Assembly: GCA_031260285.1 (NCBI GenBank) | Contig: JAIRKD010000086.1 | Location: 4,779-68,778 of the forward strand | Source: Gemmatimonadota bacterium | GTDB taxonomy: Bacteria; Gemmatimonadota; Gemmatimonadetes; Longimicrobiales; Longimicrobiaceae | Direction of reading: 5' to 3' | Length of the DNA stretch: 64,000 nucleotides | In this document: piece by piece, positions 45,855 through 55,053 of the stretch | Position numbering within the stretch: position 1 is the first letter of the stretch | Layout: each line of letters begins with the position of its first letter | Program-made: the position numbers and the translations under genes | The notes under the pieces: model-generated | The model's database searches: none | What the model was told of the DNA's origin: nothing | The model's input: the letters and a program-made list of their open reading frames with translations, nothing else

Positions 45855-46418
45855 CTACTCGATCGTGGTCAGCCGCGGGTCGTTGCACGTTCCGTTGGCA
45901 ACCAGCCGGAAGTGGGCTGACCCCTCAGCAACGTTTACGGTCACCGCCTGGATCTTCGCGAACACCACGCACCCCGAACCAAGATCACGGGACCGGACCG
46001 CCAGCAGCTGTCCCGGCGTCAAAGGAATGGAGTCCGCCCTGAAGGTGGACTGCCCCGGCGCCTCGATCATCGTTTCGAACGTCTGCCCCGTGATGGGTCC
46101 ACTGAGCGCGGCACGTGACCCCGGGACCACGGCGCTCTGCGGAAGGATGAGCAGTCTGCCATCAACGCGACGAAGCGTCAGATCCCACGCAAGCGCCTGC
46201 GAGACCCGCTCAGGGTAGCGCGGGCCGACAATCCCGAACGCACCGTCCGTTGTAATATCCACGGCCGTAGGGCGACCCGGCGCGGTACTGTCCGGCGCGT
46301 AAACCGTGACAGTATCGGTCACAAGGGACAACGTGGTCGTGGTGCCGGTTGAATCGCTGCACCCCGCGCTGAAAACCATCAGGGAAAGCGCGAGGGGAAG
46401 GCAATAGATAAAACGCAC
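45855..46418 (-). CDS. Hypothetical lipoprotein
   Basis: GTG 46418 lies 7 nt after an AAGGAG SD. VRFIYCLPLALSLMVFSAGCSDS carries a lipobox. The rest is Thr/Val/Gly-rich and beta-type. I recognise no family. Confidence 0.6.
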   Translation of the reverse strand: MRFIYCLPLALSLMVFSAGCSDSTGTTTTLSLVTDTVTVYAPDSTAPGRPTAVDITTDGAFGIVGPRYPERVSQALAWDLTLRRVDGRLLILPQSAVVPGSRAALSGPITGQTFETMIEAPGQSTFRADSIPLTPGQLLAVRSRDLGSGCVVFAKIQAVTVNVAEGSAHFRLVANGTCNDPRLTTIE

Positions 46419-46601
46419 AGGGTACTCCTTGTCGGTTACGGCACGTGGCGGGAAACTCAACGGCCGGTTCAGATTCCACGCGGATTCAACCCGCCCGTGG
46501 ACCTGTCGGACGGAAACGGCTGAAAACCAGCACGGGAACAGCAGCTAACCATAGTTCCTTGCTGGCGATTACGTCAAGCGGAGGTCGGCCCCGGAATCTT
46601 C

Positions 46602-46630
46602 TTGACTCGACCTCCTGTGGGCTCTAGCTT
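46602..46630 (+). promoter_or_regulatory. Sigma-70-like promoter candidate for the Roadblock operon, -35 embedded in an inverted repeat
   Basis: TTGACT (46602-46607), 17-nt spacer, TAGCTT (46625-46630). The inverted repeat GGAGGTCG (46580-46587) / CGACCTCC (46608-46615) brackets the -35. Leaves a ~110-nt leader before ATG 46746. Confidence 0.45.
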
Positions 46631-46745
46631 CCGCCATCCGAAGCTCTCCCCCGGTTCTCGTCCCCATCGAGAGACTGCAGGGGATAAGACCACGCAGGAT
46701 GGGCCCGGGTTCCCCGGACCAGTCGCTTTCACCTACGGACTCCGA

Positions 46746-47099
46746 ATGTCGCAACTCGACGCAGAGCTGCACCGGCTCGGTGCGCACGCGGGCGTTGACC
46801 TGCTGGTTCTTCTTGGCCGCGATGGTCTGGTTATCCAGTCCACCGGGTCGGGGAACCGCGAAGAGCCGGTCGCCGCACGGATCCCGGGCCTCGTTTCCGC
46901 CTGCGAGGCGCTCGGCCGCGCGGGAGAAACAGGTGACTTCGGCACCGCCGTTCTGGATTACCCCGGAGGCGGAGTCTTGATCGTGACAGTGGTTGCTGAA
47001 GATCTTCTCCTCGCCGCGCTTGTCCGGTCAGACATGGGCTTCGGCCCGCTCCTGCGCGAGATGCGAAGCGCGCGCGGCCGGCTTCCGGCGTTCCTCTGA
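46746..47099 (+). CDS. Roadblock/LC7 (MglB-like) domain protein
   Basis: 117 aa: MSQLDAELHRLGAHAGVDLLVLLGRDGLVIQSTG...GTAVLDYPGGGVLIVTVVAEDLLLAALVRSDMGFGPLLREM. Typical Robl/LC7 alpha-beta-alpha pattern. The track ORF starts 48 codons upstream, in the leader. Confidence 0.7.
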   Translation: MSQLDAELHRLGAHAGVDLLVLLGRDGLVIQSTGSGNREEPVAARIPGLVSACEALGRAGETGDFGTAVLDYPGGGVLIVTVVAEDLLLAALVRSDMGFGPLLREMRSARGRLPAFL

Positions 47100-47101
47100 T
47101 C

Positions 47102-47509
47102 ATGGAGCAGGCCCTCCCGTCGGAGGCCGCCGTGACCACACGTACCCGGCGGATTCTGATTGCTGACGACGAGCCCCATATCGGCCGTATTATTCAGCTC
47201 CGGCTTGAAGACAGGCCCTACGAGGTGATCATCGTCAAGGACGGGCGGGCAGCACTTGAGTTCCTCGAGAAGAACGAACCGATTGATCTTGTCCTGCTCG
47301 ACATCATGATGCCCTATCTGAGCGGGCTGGATGTGCTCGCCGCGCTGAAACAGCTCCCTCACCGCGGGGGAACTCCGGCGATCATTCTCACAGCCCGGGG
47401 GGTTGAGACCGACCGGGACCGGGCGATCAGCCTCGGCGCGGTTGATTTCTTTACCAAGCCGTTCAGCCTGAACAAACTGAGGGCGCGAATTGATGAAATC
47501 TTCGCCTGA
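47102..47509 (+). CDS. Single-domain response regulator (CheY-like receiver)
   Basis: 135 aa. Acidic pocket ILIADDE, phospho-acceptor DLVLLDIMMP, T in ILTARG, K in FFTKPF. Starts 2 nt after the Roadblock stop. Confidence 0.88.
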   Translation: MEQALPSEAAVTTRTRRILIADDEPHIGRIIQLRLEDRPYEVIIVKDGRAALEFLEKNEPIDLVLLDIMMPYLSGLDVLAALKQLPHRGGTPAIILTARGVETDRDRAISLGAVDFFTKPFSLNKLRARIDEIFA

Positions 47510-48569
47510 TCCCCATCTCTGGGCCGTTATTCTGGCCGGTGGCATCGGCTCGCGTTTCTGGCCGGCAAGCACCCCCAGCCGCCCCAAACAGCTGCTGCCC
47601 CTGGCGTCGGAGCTGCCCCTCATCACCGAAACGGTTCAGAGAATCGAGCCGCTGATCCCGATTGAGCAGATCCGGATCCTGACAGGCGCGGAGCTCGCCG
47701 GCCCTATCGCGTCAGCGGTTCCGGAGCTCAGGGACGAGAACTTCCTTCTCGAACCACGAGCCGCGGGAACAGCTCCGATTCTCGCCTGGGCAGCGCTGGA
47801 GATCGGGAAGATCGATCCTGACGCGGTGATGGTCTCGCTTCACGCGGACCATGTGATCCATCCCCGGGAACTCTTCCGGGAGCGGATTGCACTCGCTGCT
47901 TCAGTTGCGGTCCGGAATGAGAGGCTCGTTACACTTGGAGCCGTTCCCGATCGGCCTGAGACGGGGTTCGGGTATATCCGCCCCGGCGAACCACTGCCTC
48001 CGGTCTCGGATCATGAACCATCCGAGGGCTTCACCGTGGACCGGTTTGTCGAGAAGCCGGACTCCGAGACGGCGTGCGAGTACCTGCGCCAGGGGAATTA
48101 TCTCTGGAATACGGGGATATTCATCTGGAGAGTACGTGACCTGATCACGCAGTTCGAGCGGCACACGCCGGAAATCGCGGAGCTCTTCCCTTCCCTCCGC
48201 GAGGGGAATGTGCAGGAGTTCTTCCGGCGGGTCCCCGTACTCTCGATTGATAACGGTCTGCTGGAGCGCTCCGATCGGGTCGCGGTTGTTCCCGCTGACT
48301 TCCGCTGGGACGATATCGGATCATGGGACGCCCTCTTCCGGACCCGGCTGCCGGACGCGGCGGGGAACGTCTCCGTGGGTGATGTTCACCTTCTGGATAC
48401 GCAGAATACGGCGGTCTATTCCGACAGCGGCCCGGTTGTCGCGTTCGGAGTGCAGGACCTCGTTGTGGTTCGGACGGCGGGGGTCACCTTTGTAATGCCC
48501 AGACAGCTCTCCGCGGAGCTCAAGCGGCTGCATGAGTACCTCCCGGAGCGGCTGCGGAAACTCGAGTGA
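47493..48569 (+). CDS. Mannose-1-phosphate guanylyltransferase-type sugar nucleotidyltransferase
   Basis: WAVILAGGIGSRFWPAS is the NTP-transferase G-loop. Also GFGYI and YLWNTGIFIW. No C-terminal cupin/PMI domain. ATG 47493 overlaps the receiver gene by 17 nt. Confidence 0.85.
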   Translation: MKSSPDPHLWAVILAGGIGSRFWPASTPSRPKQLLPLASELPLITETVQRIEPLIPIEQIRILTGAELAGPIASAVPELRDENFLLEPRAAGTAPILAWAALEIGKIDPDAVMVSLHADHVIHPRELFRERIALAASVAVRNERLVTLGAVPDRPETGFGYIRPGEPLPPVSDHEPSEGFTVDRFVEKPDSETACEYLRQGNYLWNTGIFIWRVRDLITQFERHTPEIAELFPSLREGNVQEFFRRVPVLSIDNGLLERSDRVAVVPADFRWDDIGSWDALFRTRLPDAAGNVSVGDVHLLDTQNTAVYSDSGPVVAFGVQDLVVVRTAGVTFVMPRQLSAELKRLHEYLPERLRKLE

Positions 48570-48618
48570 AGCCCTGGCGGGAGCCAGAGCTGCCACCTCA
48601 CCAGGATCGCCCGATCTG

Positions 48619-49872
48619 ATGACCGGACTCACCATCGTTCTTTTTGACGATCGCACCGCCCGCGGCTGGGAGCCCTTTGCGCTTACCCGGCCCGCGGGCG
48701 AACTGCTCTTCGGAACACTGACCTTCCGCGCGCGGCATGAGTCTGTCTTCCAGGGCCGCTGCCTGGGCCATCTGGGCGCTGATCACCTCACTGGTTTTGC
48801 GGAAGAGGGTGCGCCGCCGGTTCTGCCCTCTCCGCCCGCCAGCTCTGACAGCCCCCGGGTCTATCTGCTCTCCCGGTTCATCCCGGATTTTGATGCGGCC
48901 CTGCCCGACAGGATCAGCGAGGCGGGCCCGCTGGTCACCGGGTCCGGCGCAGCCATCGGCTGGTACGACCCGCGGGGGAATCATCCTCCGGATCCGGAGT
49001 TCATCTTCGACCTCAACCTCCAGGGACGCTCTCCTGTCGGAACCCTCCCTGGCCGGGTGATCGAGAACGTCTGGGATCTCGTATCGCTGAACCCGGACCA
49101 GATCACCCTGGACATTCTCCATTTTGCGTCACTCCGGAAGAACGATACCTCTCTTCCCGCGGGAGTCTTTCACTGGGGAGACCATCCGCTCCTGATTGAT
49201 CCGGAAGCGACGGTTGAGCCGGGAAGCGCGTTTGATACCTCCGCGGGTCCCATCTGGCTGGATCGCGGATCTCATGTCCGCGCCTTCAGTCGTGTCGCCG
49301 GCCCGGTATATCTGGGCCCCGGATCAACGATCCTTGGCGGGCCGGTTGAGGCATCCACCATCGGCCCTGTCTGCCGCGTCCGGGGAGAGTTGGCGGAAAG
49401 TGTTGCCCTGGGTTACGTGAACAAGCAGCACGACGGGCATATCGGACACGCCTACCTCGGCCGATGGGTCAACCTCGGCGCGGAGACCACCAACAGCGAT
49501 CTGAAGAACAACTACGGCACGATCCGGCTCTGGACTCCGGACGGAGAGCGCGATACCGGCGCGATCAAGATGGGTTCACTGATCGGAGATCATGTCAAAA
49601 CCGGAATCGGGCTGCTGCTGAATACGGGCACGGTGATCGGGGCCGGGTCAAACCTCTATGGATCAGCGATGCCGCCTGCCTTTGTTCCACCCTTCTCCTG
49701 GGGCACCGGTACTCAGCTCACGGAATACCGGCTCGACAAGTTCCTTGAAGTGGCGAAAATGGCGATGAGCCGGCGGAAGGTTGAACTCCCGGAGTCGGCC
49801 CGGCAGCAGCTTGAAACCGCCTGGAAGAAAGGGCGCGCCATGACCCCCTCTCCTGACGGTCCGGAAGCCTGA
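48619..49872 (+). CDS. Putative sugar nucleotidyltransferase / left-handed beta-helix acyltransferase (alternative GlmU-like family)
   Basis: ATG 48619 (MTGLTIVLFDD...). The C-terminal half has hexapeptide-repeat character (VYLGPGSTILGGPVEASTIGPVCRVRGELAESVALGYVN...GRWVNLGAETTNSDLKNNYG...IGDHVKTGIGLLLNTGTVIGAGSNL). Confidence 0.7.
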   Translation: MTGLTIVLFDDRTARGWEPFALTRPAGELLFGTLTFRARHESVFQGRCLGHLGADHLTGFAEEGAPPVLPSPPASSDSPRVYLLSRFIPDFDAALPDRISEAGPLVTGSGAAIGWYDPRGNHPPDPEFIFDLNLQGRSPVGTLPGRVIENVWDLVSLNPDQITLDILHFASLRKNDTSLPAGVFHWGDHPLLIDPEATVEPGSAFDTSAGPIWLDRGSHVRAFSRVAGPVYLGPGSTILGGPVEASTIGPVCRVRGELAESVALGYVNKQHDGHIGHAYLGRWVNLGAETTNSDLKNNYGTIRLWTPDGERDTGAIKMGSLIGDHVKTGIGLLLNTGTVIGAGSNLYGSAMPPAFVPPFSWGTGTQLTEYRLDKFLEVAKMAMSRRKVELPESARQQLETAWKKGRAMTPSPDGPEA

Positions 49873-49900
49873 GCCCAGCAGGACAGCCTTCCCCCAGGAA

Positions 49901-50028
49901 GTCACCTGATCGGCAGACCTCCCGATTGAAGGCACCGGACCGGAAGTCATCCGATCAGAAACCTCCGGACGAAGACCGTCAGCTCAGCGGGAAAGAGAGC
50001 AGAGGTCACCGGATCATCCGATCTCCGG
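49901..50028 (+). repeat. Three degenerate ~22-nt direct repeats upstream of the MBL hydrolase gene
   Basis: GTCACCTGATCGGCAGACCTCC (49901), GTCATCCGATCAGAAACCTCCG (49946), GTCACCGGATCATCCGATCTCCGG (50005). Shared core is GTCAyCnGATC...CTCC. Spacing is 45 and 59 nt. Confidence 0.45.
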
Positions 50029-50059
50029 AACCCATCCGGAAGGACAATGTAGTACCGGC

Positions 50060-50881
50060 GTGATCATCACTGTGCTGGGGAGCGGAAGCTCCGGGAACTC
50101 CCTCCTCGTCGAAGCAGACGGAACCCGCGTCCTGATTGATGCGGGCTTCAGCGGTCGCGATCTGGAACGCCGGCTGGCGTCAGTTGACTGCGACCCGGAA
50201 TCCATCGACGCGATTTTTGTCACCCATGAGCACGGTGATCACACCCGCGGCATCGGCGTGTTTGCCCGTCGATGGTCAACTCCGCTCTTCCTTGGCGAGC
50301 AGACCAGACAGGCATGCTCTTCTCTCCTCTCGGGGGAAGAAACCATCCGTGAATACTCGTGCGTCAACCCGGTGACCATCGGGGCGCTCCGTATCGAACC
50401 GTTTCTCACGGTACACGACGCGGTTGATCCGTTTGCGGTCACCGTTACCGAAGCAGCAACAGGTGAGAAACTCGGCGTCGCCACCGACCTAGGCCGACCC
50501 ACGGCGGCGGTCCGGCATGCGCTTCGGGAGTGTGATATCCTCGTCCTGGAAGCGAACCACGACGAAATCCTCCTCCGCGACAGCTCCTATCCCTGGTCTG
50601 TCAAACAGCGGATCGCCAGCAGTCACGGACACCTCTCCAACCGGGCCTCGGCGGAGCTTGTCGCGGAGATCTACCACAACCGGCTTGGCGCAGTGGTCCT
50701 CGCCCATCTGAGCGAGCGGGCCAATGCTCCGTCACTCGCCCGGGAAGTAGTTGGAGAACGGCTTGCGGGACTTGGCTTTCGGGGCAACCTCCACCTGGGT
50801 GAACAGCACGCCGCACTGGCTCCGATTGACGTGACCGCCCTGCGCCAGCGGCTTCTACCCCCGCAGTTGACGCTGCTCTGA
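50060..50881 (+). CDS. MBL-fold metallo-hydrolase
   Basis: 273 aa. GTG start. ITVLGSGSSGNS, THEHGDH (HxHxDH zinc motif) and a later SHGHLSN. Confidence 0.85.
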   Translation: MIITVLGSGSSGNSLLVEADGTRVLIDAGFSGRDLERRLASVDCDPESIDAIFVTHEHGDHTRGIGVFARRWSTPLFLGEQTRQACSSLLSGEETIREYSCVNPVTIGALRIEPFLTVHDAVDPFAVTVTEAATGEKLGVATDLGRPTAAVRHALRECDILVLEANHDEILLRDSSYPWSVKQRIASSHGHLSNRASAELVAEIYHNRLGAVVLAHLSERANAPSLAREVVGERLAGLGFRGNLHLGEQHAALAPIDVTALRQRLLPPQLTLL

Positions 50882-50984
50882 TCTCTGCGCTGCTGAGCAG
50901 GATGCGTGGACGGTTTTCAAATCCGCCTCCACCCGACAGAACCATCCCATTACCCGACCATCGTTCTCGGCAGAACAGACAACA

Positions 50985-51030
50985 GAGGACAAAACAAAGG
51001 CCGCGGAAGAGATCATCTCCCCCGCGGCCT
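50985..51030 (-). terminator. Rho-independent terminator after the DksA-like gene
   Basis: 9-bp stem AGGCCGCGG/CCGCGGCCT (50998-51030), followed on the minus strand by TTGTTTTGTCC. Confidence 0.75.
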
Positions 51031-51070
51031 CTGTTCATCTCAACTTTGCCTGTCAGCGACATCACACCGA

Positions 51071-51454
51071 TCAGGCTGCCGCTTCCTCTTCCTCCCGGAG
51101 CTTGCAGTCAAGACAGTACCGCGCATGGGGAAGCGCATCCAGCCGATCAAAAGGGATCGGCTTCTTGCAGCTGTGACAGATACCAAAGCTGTCAGGATCC
51201 GCGTAGATCCGGCGGAGAGCGTCCTCGATCCGGTACAGGTAGCGCCCCTCCTTGCTCGCAAAGAGGAAGACCTTCTCCCGCTCCATGGCGTCCGTCCCCT
51301 GATCAGCCATATGGAACGAATAGCTTGAGAGGTCGGCATCCGCCGAATCGCGGGTGAGTTTCGACTGCTCCTGGAACCGCCCCAGAGATCGCAGGGCCCG
51401 GTCCCGTTCGCGCAGTAACCGTTTTTCGATGTGTTCAATCTGACTCCGATCCAT
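51071..51454 (-). CDS. DksA/TraR-family C4 zinc-finger protein
   Basis: ATG 51454 with an AGGAGG SD 9 nt upstream. Coiled-coil N-terminal half. Zinc finger CHSCKKPIPFDRLDALPHARYCLDC (CxxC-N17-CxxC). Confidence 0.85.
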   Translation of the reverse strand: MDRSQIEHIEKRLLRERDRALRSLGRFQEQSKLTRDSADADLSSYSFHMADQGTDAMEREKVFLFASKEGRYLYRIEDALRRIYADPDSFGICHSCKKPIPFDRLDALPHARYCLDCKLREEEEAAA

Positions 51455-51548
51455 CAAGCCGACTCCTCCTGCCTTGCTATGTGGACGGCTGCGGTCGGCG
51501 CTCCGCGGGCGGTTCTACCCCGGCCTCGCGAGGCGACACGAACTCTGG

Positions 51549-51577
51549 AAAATAACCTGAAATCATACGTTATTCAA
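51549..51577 (-). promoter_or_regulatory. Sigma-70-like promoter candidate for the DksA-like gene
   Basis: Minus strand: TTGAAT (51577-51572), 17-nt spacer, TATTTT (51554-51549). Lies in the AT-richest stretch of the spacer. Confidence 0.45.
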
Positions 51578-51682
51578 CCTCTGAGATAGAACAGAGGCCG
51601 CCTGACAGAACGAGGGTCTGCCTGATCCGGAACAACCGGTCAGACTACGCCGCTACCGGGAAGAGTATGGCGCCTCCGGACT

Positions 51683-53005
51683 TCAGATCCCGAACAGTTT
51701 GAGGAAGTCGTTTGTAATGGCCCAGACCATGAGCCCGACAACCAGGATCAATCCGATATGGGAAAGTCGCAGCCGCTGCTCAATCGAGAGCGGGCGACCC
51801 CGAACCGCTTCAACCAGAATGAAGAGAAGCTGCCCGCCATCCAGAACAGGAATCGGCAGCAGGTTGAGCACAGCCAGATTCACGGAAAGCAGCGCCATCC
51901 AGCGGATGTACGGTTCCAGGCCGAGGCGCGCCGCCTCAGCGGAGATCTGACCGATGGCAAGCGGGCCACCCAGGCTGCGGGGTGAAGCCCGCCCGGTGAA
52001 CAGATCCCCCAGAAGGCGCACAATTGTAGTGGCGGTTCCCCAGGTAGTCCTGACCCCGTAACCCAGCGAGGCCCCGAGCCCGATCCGTTGATGGATCAAC
52101 CGCTGCTCCGCGGCCACCCCAAGACGCCCGACCTCGCCAGCGCCATCCGTTTCGCGCCACACCTCCGGAACCGCTGTCAGCGTAACCCGATCCGCTCCCC
52201 GCTGCACAACGAGCGGCACGGGAACGCCCGGATTCGCGCGCACCACCCGCACAAAATCGGTCCAGGTCGCAACCGGCTGATCCCCCGCCTGAACCACCCG
52301 ATCCCCGGTCATCAGTCCGGCGCCCGCGGCCGGGCTTCCTGACGTGACTGTACCGATCACCGGCTCTGTATACGGCTGGAGCGGTCGAAGGAACTCCTGA
52401 CGCTGCTCAGGATCCGAGGGAAGCGAGAGGCGCGTTTCCGATCCCTGGTCGAAGCGAAGGCTGAGCTCCCCTCCCGGGGCGGCCATCAATGCTTCATCAA
52501 TCGCGTTCCAGCTCTCAACCGGCTGCCCGTTGATGGAAACAATAGAAGCACCCTCGGGAACCCCCGAAAAACGGCCCGCCTGGTCGTCAACAACCATCAC
52601 CCGGGTGACCGGGTTGATCTGCTCGCCGAAAGTATAGGCAATTCCCGCGAAGGTCAGGATCGCGAAGAGGAGGTTCATGATCACCCCTGCCGAGATCACA
52701 AACGCGCGTGCCCAGAGCGGCTTTGCGTCAAAATCACGGGGAGATGGCGCACGTGGCTCTTCCTCTGCCCCGCCCTCCAGCGCCGAGGTGTCTTCCATCC
52801 CCGCCATCCGGACGTACCCTCCCAGCGGAAGCGCGGAGATCACATACTCCGTTTCTCCCATCCGGAAGCCCAGAATCTTCGGCCCGAACCCGATCGAGAA
52901 CTGGGGGGCTTCGATATCCACGGCTTTGGCCGCCAGCAGGTGCCCGAGTTCATGGACAAAAATCAGGACGCCGATGACCACAAGGAACGAAACGAGCGTC
53001 AGCAC
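51683..53005 (-). CDS. rseP: RIP metalloprotease RseP (site-2 protease, M50 family) with PDZ domains
   Basis: 440 aa. HELGH zinc motif in TM1. PDZ-like middle region. NLLPIPVLDGG motif. GTG start overlaps dxr by 7 nt. Confidence 0.92.
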   Translation of the reverse strand: MLTLVSFLVVIGVLIFVHELGHLLAAKAVDIEAPQFSIGFGPKILGFRMGETEYVISALPLGGYVRMAGMEDTSALEGGAEEEPRAPSPRDFDAKPLWARAFVISAGVIMNLLFAILTFAGIAYTFGEQINPVTRVMVVDDQAGRFSGVPEGASIVSINGQPVESWNAIDEALMAAPGGELSLRFDQGSETRLSLPSDPEQRQEFLRPLQPYTEPVIGTVTSGSPAAGAGLMTGDRVVQAGDQPVATWTDFVRVVRANPGVPVPLVVQRGADRVTLTAVPEVWRETDGAGEVGRLGVAAEQRLIHQRIGLGASLGYGVRTTWGTATTIVRLLGDLFTGRASPRSLGGPLAIGQISAEAARLGLEPYIRWMALLSVNLAVLNLLPIPVLDGGQLLFILVEAVRGRPLSIEQRLRLSHIGLILVVGLMVWAITNDFLKLFGI

Positions 53006-54147
53006 TGGGACTTGTTCCGGATGAAGGTTTCAGCAAGCTCCCGCGCCCGCTGGTCAGCCTCGGTCACGGCGGAAAGGCCGTCGAGAGAGTCCGCGCGCCA
53101 GAGCTGGAGCGTTGCATCAATGGTTTCAGCGATCCCCGGGAAACCAAGCTGGTGATTGAGGAACGCGGCAACGGCTACTTCATTGGCGGCGTTGAATACC
53201 GCCGGATACGTGCCGCCCCGACGCCCCGCTTCCACACCCAGCCTGAACGCCGGAAAGGCATCGTCCCGGAGCGCCTCAAACGTCAGCGAACCCGCTGAAA
53301 CGGGATCAAATCGTCGAACCTGGTACGGCAGCCGCTCGGGATAGCTCAGCGCGTTGAGAATCGGGATCTCCATGGTGGGGAACCCCATCTGCGCGAGAGT
53401 GGACCCATCCACGAAGTCGATCAGCGAATGGATGATCGACTGGGGATGAACCACGGCCGCAATCCGGTCATATTCAACTCCGAAGAGGAAGTGGGTTTCG
53501 ATCACCTCCAGCGCCTTGTTCGCAAGGGTCGCTGAATCAATCGTCACCTTGGCACCCATGCTCCAGGTCGGGTGCCGGAGGGCATCCGCCGGAGACATCC
53601 GGGCAAGCGCTTCCTTCGGAACATCCCGGAACGGCCCGCCCGAAGCGGTGAGCACAATGCGCTCCACGGTCTCGATTCCGTACCCGTGGATGCACTGCAT
53701 GATCGCGCTGTGCTCGCTGTCCACGGGAATCAGTTCGCCTCCGCCCTCCCGCATCGCGGAGAGTACCAGCGGTCCCCCGCAGACCAGCGTTTCCTTGTTC
53801 GCCAGCGCAACCCGCTTCCCCGCGCGGAGCGCCGCAAGTGTGGGAGCCAGGCCCGCCGCACCGACAACCGCGTTGATGACGATATCCACATCAGGATGCG
53901 TCGCGGCTTCAATAAGCGCTTCACTCCCTGTACGCCACTCCGTTCCGTCCCGATGCCCTTCCTGCACAGCTGCATGGGAAAGAACCGCAAGCTGCGGAGA
54001 CCAGTCCCTCGCGGCGGCTTCCAGCCCCTCCCGGTTCCGGGCCGCCGTCATCGCGACAAGCCGGAAACGCTCCGGATGCTGACGCAGAACCGCCAGCGCA
54101 CTGGTCCCGATCGAACCGGTAACCCCCAGAATCGACACGCCTTTCAT
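52999..54147 (-). CDS. dxr: 1-deoxy-D-xylulose 5-phosphate reductoisomerase
   Basis: 382 aa. ILGVTGSIGTSAL NADPH motif, plus LANKE, DSEHSA and HPTWSMG. Confidence 0.95.
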   Translation of the reverse strand: MKGVSILGVTGSIGTSALAVLRQHPERFRLVAMTAARNREGLEAAARDWSPQLAVLSHAAVQEGHRDGTEWRTGSEALIEAATHPDVDIVINAVVGAAGLAPTLAALRAGKRVALANKETLVCGGPLVLSAMREGGGELIPVDSEHSAIMQCIHGYGIETVERIVLTASGGPFRDVPKEALARMSPADALRHPTWSMGAKVTIDSATLANKALEVIETHFLFGVEYDRIAAVVHPQSIIHSLIDFVDGSTLAQMGFPTMEIPILNALSYPERLPYQVRRFDPVSAGSLTFEALRDDAFPAFRLGVEAGRRGGTYPAVFNAANEVAVAAFLNHQLGFPGIAETIDATLQLWRADSLDGLSAVTEADQRARELAETFIRNKSQC

Positions 54148-54150
54148 GAT

Positions 54151-55053
54151 TCAGGAAAACGGTCCGACCAGAAAACGGAAGAAAAGGTACCCTAACGGAA
54201 GTGTGAAGAAGAGCGAATCGAAGCGATCAAGCGCCCCTCCATGCCCGGGAAGCAGTGTGCCGGAGTCCTTGACCCCTGCATCCCGCTTCAGCACCGACTC
54301 CACCAGATCCCCTACCTGCGCAAAGACGGAGATGAGGATCCCCAGCAGTATGGCACTCCCGACCGGAAGGTTGTACGACGGGAACCGGTTGAGAAAAGCA
54401 CCACACGCAACCGCAAAGAGTGCCGTCCCGACCACTGAACCGATTGCGCCCTCAACGGTCTTTCCCGGGCTTACCGTCGGAATCAGTTTGTGTTTCCCGA
54501 ACGCCCGGCCGGAAAAGAACGCCATTGTGTCGCTGACCCAGGTCAGGACAATCGGCACCAGCACGAGCGTGGTTGCGTGGACTACGCCATCCGTTCCCGG
54601 CAGATGCCGCAGGAAGAGCACGAAGCTCAGCGTTGCCCCCGTATAGACCGCTCCGGAGAGCGTCACGCTGACGGAGAGCAGCGGCTGCCCCTCCACTCCG
54701 CGTGTCCAGATCGCCAGCGCGCCGATGACAAGCATCGCGACAACCGTGATCATCCCGAAGCCCGCGCCGTCCGGGCCTTCTCCTGAAGCAAGAGCCGCGG
54801 AGAGAACAAAGAGAACCACCGCGATCATGCCCGCACCAACCAGCGGGCGAGCCTGACGGGTCTCCGCCAGCCGATAGAACTCCCCGGCAGACAGGACTGC
54901 AAGCACGGCGAGACCCGCCGCGAGCACCCAGCCTCCGAGGTAGATAATCCCGATCGCGACCGGTATGGCCACGGCAGCGACGAGAACCCGGGTTGTTGTT
55001 TCGGAGAATTGCATGGCGGGGATCAATGGCGCACCGGTAACCCGACACGCCAC
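54151..55053 (-). CDS. cdsA: Phosphatidate cytidylyltransferase
   Basis: Polytopic membrane protein with the CdsA signature SVLKRDAGVKDSGTLLPGHGGALDRFDS. Start uncertain: GTG 55053, TTG 55026 or ATG 55014. Confidence 0.9.
   Translation of the reverse strand: MACRVTGAPLIPAMQFSETTTRVLVAAVAIPVAIGIIYLGGWVLAAGLAVLAVLSAGEFYRLAETRQARPLVGAGMIAVVLFVLSAALASGEGPDGAGFGMITVVAMLVIGALAIWTRGVEGQPLLSVSVTLSGAVYTGATLSFVLFLRHLPGTDGVVHATTLVLVPIVLTWVSDTMAFFSGRAFGKHKLIPTVSPGKTVEGAIGSVVGTALFAVACGAFLNRFPSYNLPVGSAILLGILISVFAQVGDLVESVLKRDAGVKDSGTLLPGHGGALDRFDSLFFTLPLGYLFFRFLVGPFS

Noticed and set aside
43847-46042. 731-aa plus-strand ORF, the longest unassigned ORF in the track
   Set aside because: It spans the antisense strand of the histidine kinase, serS and part of the lipoprotein gene. 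It crosses two real gene boundaries, and its composition (Arg/Pro/Gln-rich) is not protein-like.
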